The notes under the pieces were generated by a model. The model was not told the origin of the DNA and searched no databases. It was given only the letters and a program-made list of their open reading frames with translations. Positions 58,882 through 64,000 of a stretch of DNA of 64,000 nt are shown here, piece after piece (within the stretch, counting starts at the first letter, position 1; each line of letters opens with the position of its first letter). The DNA is taken from IMG/VR virus record IMGVR_UViG_3300048015_000072, positions 37,057-101,056 of that record. The stretch is one strand, 5' to 3'. Source of the DNA: a virus. The translations under genes were made by a program, and so were the position numbers.

Positions 58882-59454
58882 ATGTCCAAGAAGAATAAAA
58901 CTCACCCAACACAATCGTTTGCACAAATGGTATCAAACTCAAACGTAAAATCGCTTGAGCCAGTTGTCCAACAAATGGTCGAACAACAAAGTCAAAAAGT
59001 CGCCCAAGTTCTTTCATCCCAACTGATTGACGCCTTAGCAGGAGTTCAGACTCGATTGATGGTTTTGGAGCGAGTGACGATTGAAAAGCTAGGGATCTCA
59101 AAAGAAGATTTAGGTCGCCGTATTTTAGAAGTCGAAGACGAAGCTACAGGGCACAAAGAGACCGATACAATTGAACGCGGCGACTTGGTCCGAGTTACTC
59201 TTCGCGCCACTAAAGAGGGAATGGTAGGAACTCCACCCCCAACGCCCGTAATTCTTCGTCATGTCGGAGAGCCCTTAAATCAAGAAGCTCCGTACCAATC
59301 TTATCGTGAATTAGAAGAAGCTTTGATTGGCAAAAAAACTGGAGATGTAGTTGACGTGCAAGTCCAGGTGCCTACTGCGGGAGAGTACACTTTTAACGTC
59401 GTAATTGACCGCGTATCGCGTCCAACGGTTACTCAGGGTCCAGTCAATGGCTAA
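58882..59454 (+). CDS. trigger-factor-like FKBP-domain protein
   Basis: IERGDLVRV...ELEEALIGKKTGDVVDVQV...TFNVVI matches the trigger factor PPIase domain; ribosome-binding GFRxG motif absent. Confidence 0.6.
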   Translation: MSKKNKTHPTQSFAQMVSNSNVKSLEPVVQQMVEQQSQKVAQVLSSQLIDALAGVQTRLMVLERVTIEKLGISKEDLGRRILEVEDEATGHKETDTIERGDLVRVTLRATKEGMVGTPPPTPVILRHVGEPLNQEAPYQSYRELEEALIGKKTGDVVDVQVQVPTAGEYTFNVVIDRVSRPTVTQGPVNG

Positions 59455-59725
59455 TCTAAAAATGCTCAATAATAAAATCGCGCTAGTAAATATCACTGCG
59501 GAAGAAAAGAAAGAGCAAAATACCGAATTATTTTTTTCAATCCCAACGGTAGCAAATAATCTTGCCGAGGTGAAGTTTGCACCCTCGGGTTCGGAAGAGC
59601 TTGTGGGAAAGCGCGTTTATTACGGCAAAGATTTTCAAGTAGTAAAAATGCAAGGTTTTGAAGCTCTGGTAATGGACCTCAACAATCTAGTAGCGGTGCT
59701 AAATGACTCCGAAACCCAAGGCTAA
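59447..59725 (+). CDS. GroES-like co-chaperonin
   Basis: 92 aa; LKMLNNKIAL...AEVKFA...VGKRVYY...ALVMDLNNLVAVL follows the Cpn10 pattern. Confidence 0.6.
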   Translation: MANLKMLNNKIALVNITAEEKKEQNTELFFSIPTVANNLAEVKFAPSGSEELVGKRVYYGKDFQVVKMQGFEALVMDLNNLVAVLNDSETQG

Positions 59726-60275
59726 ACGCCGAGTAATTGAAGATGACATTTACTTTGAAAACCTTTTTAGGGGTATCAATTTAAAGAATCGGACAATTAC
59801 TCTGAGTGATGAAATTGACCACAAGACTTTCTTGAAGGTCGATGCGGCTCTTAGCGAGTTCGAATCGGTAAATTCCAAACCAATTACCGTGAAAATCAAC
59901 TCTCCCGGAGGAAACGTCTACGACGCTCTTGCAATTGTGGGTCGATTGAAACGCTCTAAGTGCCCAATCATCACAGAAGGGTATGGAGCTGTAATGTCTG
60001 CGGCAACTCTAATACTTGCTTCGGGCAATACACGACGAATTTCAAAGCTTGCATGGTTTCTTCATCACGAGACTGATTATGAGGCGTCAGGTAAGCACTC
60101 AGAGCATAAAGCGTTAGTTGCCCAACTAGATCGGGAAGACACGCAATGGGCCAATTGGATGGCTTCATTTACTAAGTGTGATGCGGAGTTTTGGAAAACA
60201 ACGGGTAAAGGTACTGACGCTTACTTCACTCCTGATCAATTACTTCAGTTCGGGGTCGTTGATGTCATCATCTGA
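59703..60275 (+). CDS. clpP: ClpP-family protease
   Basis: INSPGGNV, VMSAATLILASG (catalytic Ser), FLHH, D-x-YFT. Confidence 0.88.
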   Translation: MTPKPKAKRRVIEDDIYFENLFRGINLKNRTITLSDEIDHKTFLKVDAALSEFESVNSKPITVKINSPGGNVYDALAIVGRLKRSKCPIITEGYGAVMSAATLILASGNTRRISKLAWFLHHETDYEASGKHSEHKALVAQLDREDTQWANWMASFTKCDAEFWKTTGKGTDAYFTPDQLLQFGVVDVII

Positions 60276-60465
60276 TCTGAATGTAATTCAAATGAAGGAA
60301 AAACTCCTCAAAGATTTGTACACCCTGCAAAACGACATAAATTTATTGTGGGTTAATTATAATCAAAACCGAGTTCAAATTGCGATGAAGGAAGAACGAA
60401 TTCGCGAAGTTTGGAAGAAGTTTAGAAACCTGCAAGACCTAGAACGTCACAAATCGCAAAACTAG
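60262..60465 (+). CDS. small coiled-coil protein
   Basis: Likely start MSSSDL overlapping the ClpP end. Confidence 0.45.
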   Translation: MSSSDLNVIQMKEKLLKDLYTLQNDINLLWVNYNQNRVQIAMKEERIREVWKKFRNLQDLERHKSQN

Positions 60466-60484
60466 GTCCGAGGTATAATGAGCC

Positions 60485-60688
60485 ATGTTCCGAGATAAGA
60501 CTGAAGTCAAAATTCTAATAGTCCGACAAAATCTGAAGGATGCCTTGGATGCTTTGCTTTTATCGAAAACCCCAATCGACATGAAATCATACAAATCCCT
60601 TAAGGTAAAATATCTCTTAGTGGATGAGTTGCTACAAGAGCATCGATTGAGATTATTAGGCCCTATCAAGACCAAAGGAATCCGATGA
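60485..60688 (+). CDS. hypothetical protein, leaderless
   Basis: TATAAT 5 nt before ATG. Confidence 0.5.
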   Translation: MFRDKTEVKILIVRQNLKDALDALLLSKTPIDMKSYKSLKVKYLLVDELLQEHRLRLLGPIKTKGIR

Positions 60689-61668
60689 AAAAGTTAGGAA
60701 TTGCGCTGTTTGTTCTTTGTTTGATTGTTTTAGAAATAACAATTGTAGGGTCTCAGTTCGCAAATAGCTTCGTAGCAACAGAAACCTCAGAAGTTCAAAA
60801 TAACCAACCCCAAATTCCATCAATCCCTTCATCTGATAAAAAACCTTCAGCTCAAGTGACAACTCAAATCGTAGCTTTGGAAAAGCCCGTTAAAAGCGTA
60901 ATCGTTTTAGGGGCAGCAAATACCCTAGTCTTCCGGGCCGTCGTTACTCAAGACAGTGTAGCCAAGGCTCAATTTCAATTGTTTAAAATGAGTCAATTAC
61001 TCCCGAAAGATGCAGTTATCTATCTTGTGATGGACACTCCAGGAGGAGACATTGACGCCGGAAACATGCTAATTGAAAGCGCCAAAGCACTTCCTCAAGA
61101 AGTAAAAACGATAACTTTATTTTCTGCATCAATGGGATTTCACACCGTAGAAAATCTAGGAGAGCGTTTAGTGCTACCCAATGGAGTGTTAATGAGTCAT
61201 CGAGCACGAGCTGGAGAAATGGGCGGTGAGGTTCCTGGGAACCTTATTGTTCGAGTCAACGCTTTGTTGCGATTGATCACTGTTATGGACACTCATGCAA
61301 GTGCCCGCATGGGTATAAGCTTAAAAGCTTATCAAGAACTTATTCGCGATGAGTATTGGGTCACTGGACAAGATGCAGTTGATGCGAGGGCCGCAGATCG
61401 AGTGGTCTTGGCAAGATGCTCAGACGACCTCTTGGGCACTCATAAAGAATCTGTAAATACGATGTTTGGTAGAGTTGGTCTGATTTACGCGGATTGTCCT
61501 TTAATACGATACCCCCTAGATGTGGAACTTCCCGCATCTTCTAATTTAACTCCGGCACAAAAAGCAGAATTTGAAAAGTTCGTATTTGATATGACCCAGG
61601 ACAAAGAATCTTTTGTCCGAAATCAAATCGTAAACAATCATTTCAAAAAAATGATGCTAGTTAAATAA
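60685..61668 (+). CDS. second ClpP-like protease with N-terminal membrane anchor/signal peptide
   Basis: TM helix, linker, MDTPGGDI, SASMG, LMSH. Confidence 0.75.
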   Translation: MKKLGIALFVLCLIVLEITIVGSQFANSFVATETSEVQNNQPQIPSIPSSDKKPSAQVTTQIVALEKPVKSVIVLGAANTLVFRAVVTQDSVAKAQFQLFKMSQLLPKDAVIYLVMDTPGGDIDAGNMLIESAKALPQEVKTITLFSASMGFHTVENLGERLVLPNGVLMSHRARAGEMGGEVPGNLIVRVNALLRLITVMDTHASARMGISLKAYQELIRDEYWVTGQDAVDARAADRVVLARCSDDLLGTHKESVNTMFGRVGLIYADCPLIRYPLDVELPASSNLTPAQKAEFEKFVFDMTQDKESFVRNQIVNNHFKKMMLVK

Positions 61669-61763
61669 AAAACTTGCGTAATTAACCCAAACCTTTTATC
61701 CTGTATTCACACCCAGGAGCAATAGTCACTCGTACTCCGATCAACGCCATCGGAGTATCAAAA

Positions 61764-62276
61764 GTGTCTAAAAAATCTAAAAAACAAAAACCGAAAGACA
61801 AAAGTAAAAAAGTCCATCCAGAGCCAATAGTAAATTTGGTTCCCCCAGTTGAAACTCTGCCGACTCCCAATAATTTTTGGAATTCTTGCATAAGAGAGCT
61901 TGATCAATTTCCAACAACACCCTGCCACTTAGGAAAGCCCGAAAAGAACGAAAGTGGACGAGTATTAAAAGAGCCAGAATGCCCATGGTGGATCGATTCA
62001 GAAAAACATCAATACTGTTATTGGAGATGGGTTCAGAGTCAAAGCACTATAGATGGAAAAATGGACCCACTTCCCCAAAACGAGATAGCAAAGCTGTTTG
62101 GGTGCTCCTCTACCAAGATCCATTTTGTGGTCAAAGAATCGGTTCAAAAGCTTCAAGCTAATGGCTACGCAAAGATTCTGACTGAGTTTCTTTATGACAA
62201 TACAGACACAAGCACCGATGGAATATCGATTTATAGCATTCCATTCGACAATATCTCCTCAGAAGATGAAGGTTAA
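61764..62276 (+). CDS. Cys-rich protein with sigma r4-like HTH, putative transcription regulator
   Basis: PCH...ECPWW...YCYW; LPQNEIAKLFGCSSTKIHFVVKESVQKL; promoter TTGCGT-N17-TATCCT at 61674-61702. Confidence 0.6.
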   Translation: MSKKSKKQKPKDKSKKVHPEPIVNLVPPVETLPTPNNFWNSCIRELDQFPTTPCHLGKPEKNESGRVLKEPECPWWIDSEKHQYCYWRWVQSQSTIDGKMDPLPQNEIAKLFGCSSTKIHFVVKESVQKLQANGYAKILTEFLYDNTDTSTDGISIYSIPFDNISSEDEG

Positions 62277-62307
62277 ATTAAAAAATACCCGGATGCTAAA
62301 ATTAGGC

Positions 62308-63162
62308 ATGGCAAATCAAGACACTAAGTTTTCGATGGTTTTACCGGCAGAACTCCAAAAAGCGGAAAACGGTGAGTGGAGAGTCTGGGGACTGGCTAGT
62401 ACGGCCTCAAGAGATCAACAAGGCGAAAAGGTTGATCTGAATGGCCTAGACTTAACCCCGATTCAAAAAGGCAAAGGTCTTCTCAATTGGGACCACGGTA
62501 AAGATCCTGAAGACAAAGTCGGAATAATTGATTCTTACAAAAAAGCCGATGATGGATTGTACGTCGGTGGGTATCTATTCAACAATCATACTCGAGCAAA
62601 ATCAATTTATGAAATCATGTCATCTTTGAAAAAAGCTGATCGCGGTCGTATGGGCATGTCAATTGAGGGAGTTATCAAAGAGCGCGCCGGTAACGACGGA
62701 AAGATCATTAAAAAGGCCGTTATTACAGCCGTGGCTCTTACTATGAATCCGGTAAATTCGGACACCCACGTTGATCTGGTTAAATCACTCACGGGTTCAG
62801 ACGTTGAATTTGAAGGCGATACCATTACCTCACAAAGTTTGGACGCTATTCCTGAAGTTGAGAAATCTCTTGGCGTAACTGGCTCCTATGCTACTTCGGT
62901 TCCTTCTGATTTGTCTGGCGGCGACGCTTTAGCAATGGAAGGCATGGATAAAAAACCAAAAAAAGAAGACGAGGAAGAAGAACATAAACCTAAGAAAAAG
63001 CTTAAGAAAATGAGTAAAGAGATGATCAAGTCTAATGTGGCAGAGATTCTCAGTAAGCTTCAAGTTCTTTATCCTGAATCGACTCGTTCTGAACTTTGGG
63101 AAACTGTGAAGCAAAGGTTGAATACTCGGTTCCTCGAAAACCAAGAAACTGAAAAAAACTAA
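62308..63162 (+). CDS. prohead (HK97-family) maturation protease
   Basis: GLAST..RDQQGE, LNWDHG, GMSIEG, VALTMNPVN; ATG 62308 lies 5 nt after TGCTAAAAT. Confidence 0.85.
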   Translation: MANQDTKFSMVLPAELQKAENGEWRVWGLASTASRDQQGEKVDLNGLDLTPIQKGKGLLNWDHGKDPEDKVGIIDSYKKADDGLYVGGYLFNNHTRAKSIYEIMSSLKKADRGRMGMSIEGVIKERAGNDGKIIKKAVITAVALTMNPVNSDTHVDLVKSLTGSDVEFEGDTITSQSLDAIPEVEKSLGVTGSYATSVPSDLSGGDALAMEGMDKKPKKEDEEEEHKPKKKLKKMSKEMIKSNVAEILSKLQVLYPESTRSELWETVKQRLNTRFLENQETEKN

Positions 63163-63222
63163 TAAGTTAAAGTGTTAAAATTAAACCATCGCACCGATTT
63201 CAAATACTAAGGGGTCTAAAAA

Positions 63223-63444
63223 ATGAAGTACAATCCGCCAAAAGGTCGTAGAGACAATTCTAAAAAACGCGCAATTGACACGGTAAAACCCGGATCTGCA
63301 CAGCAAGCAATGTTGATTAAACAAGACGCAATCATCGCTCAACTTAATGCGATTGTTGCAGCTCTTGCTACAGCTTCAAGCATCGCAGCCGTTAACAGTG
63401 CCGCCGCAGCGTTGCCGGTACTTGTACCAGTTGTTCTTGAATAG
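63223..63444 (+). CDS. small hypothetical (head-associated?) protein
   Basis: AGGGG RBS; Ala-rich C-terminus. Confidence 0.55.
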   Translation: MKYNPPKGRRDNSKKRAIDTVKPGSAQQAMLIKQDAIIAQLNAIVAALATASSIAAVNSAAAALPVLVPVVLE

Positions 63445-63452
63445 GAGATAAA

Positions 63453-64000
63453 ATGAAAACGAATGAGGCCCTCAATAAATCTCTCGACGAAATGATTGAC
63501 GATCTTTTTGCACAAGACACAATCGCTAAGTCAGATGAAATGCCAAGCATGAGTATGGACGAAAAAGAAGATGCTTATGATTCTGACAAAAAGTCTAAAG
63601 GCGAAATGGATGAAGAAAATAAAATAGCAGCTATGGCTCCTCGCAAGATGGACGAAAAAGATGCTAATAGAATGTCTCCCTTGCTCGCTGATGAAAATGG
63701 TGCGGCTGAAGAAGAAAAAGAAACCGAAGATGACGAAGTAGCTGGTATGAAGCGCGGTCGTTCTGAGGATCTTTCGGCTTGGAGCAAGCGTTCAAAAGAC
63801 GGCGAGAGCATGGGATCATATGATGCTTCTATCACTCACCCCGCAATGAATGTTCCAAACGAGACTACTGTTGCAAAATCGACTTTTGAAATCTCAAAAG
63901 AAGACTTCGAAATCTTGAAAAAAGCAAAGACTCAAAAAGTTGAAGAAGAACTGCGAAAAGCAAAAAAAGAACAGACGACTCTTATTAAGTCTGCAATCTT
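63453..64000 (+). CDS. probable capsid scaffold protein (partial)
   Basis: AGGAG RBS; acidic, charged, open to window end; follows prohead protease. Confidence 0.6.
   Translation, partial: MKTNEALNKSLDEMIDDLFAQDTIAKSDEMPSMSMDEKEDAYDSDKKSKGEMDEENKIAAMAPRKMDEKDANRMSPLLADENGAAEEEKETEDDEVAGMKRGRSEDLSAWSKRSKDGESMGSYDASITHPAMNVPNETTVAKSTFEISKEDFEILKKAKTQKVEEELRKAKKEQTTLIKSAI

Noticed and set aside
13318-63835. Numerous antisense and alternate-frame ORFs in the ORF track (e.g. 25630-26127, 43907-44437)
   Set aside because: They are shadows of well-supported genes and lack recognisable motifs.
1-64000. CRISPR array, rRNA, canonical tRNA, IS element or alternative genetic code
   Set aside because: No regularly spaced repeat-spacer units, cloverleafs or transposases were seen, and core genes are intact under the standard code.

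Overview
This 64-kb window is part of a large tailed dsDNA phage genome with a contractile (myovirus-type) baseplate. I see no bacterial housekeeping context, rRNA, clear tRNA or CRISPR array. Layout: 1-12.5 kb is an accessory region (small ORFs, serine resolvase, lipoprotein and outer-membrane-barrel cargo, metallophosphoesterase, MazG-like, NfuA-like); 12.6-28 kb holds baseplate and tail-fibre genes plus an M15 peptidase endolysin; 28.4-32 kb is a minus-strand block with a HAD hydrolase and a UvsW-like helicase; 32-51 kb carries GroEL, an A1-like nuclease, primase-helicase, family A polymerase, dNMP kinase, RecA, SbcCD and a RuvC-like resolvase; 52-64 kb is the head module (terminase, portal, MuF-like protein, prohead protease, probable scaffold) with an inserted trigger-factor-like, GroES-like and two-ClpP cluster. 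The host is plausibly Bdellovibrionota, inferred from recalled gene similarity and sigma28-like promoters. Most notable unexplained signals: (1) an ORF-free element of about 516 nt (31133-31648) with paired ends, many long helices and crossing pairings, a candidate large structured ncRNA; (2) a genome-wide GGGTTAAATA operator lying in the -35/-10 spacer of about a dozen sigma70-like promoters; (3) a 154-nt tRNA/C4-like structured RNA with its own promoter; (4) a phage-encoded proteostasis toolkit. All product calls come from motif recognition by eye, with no database search.
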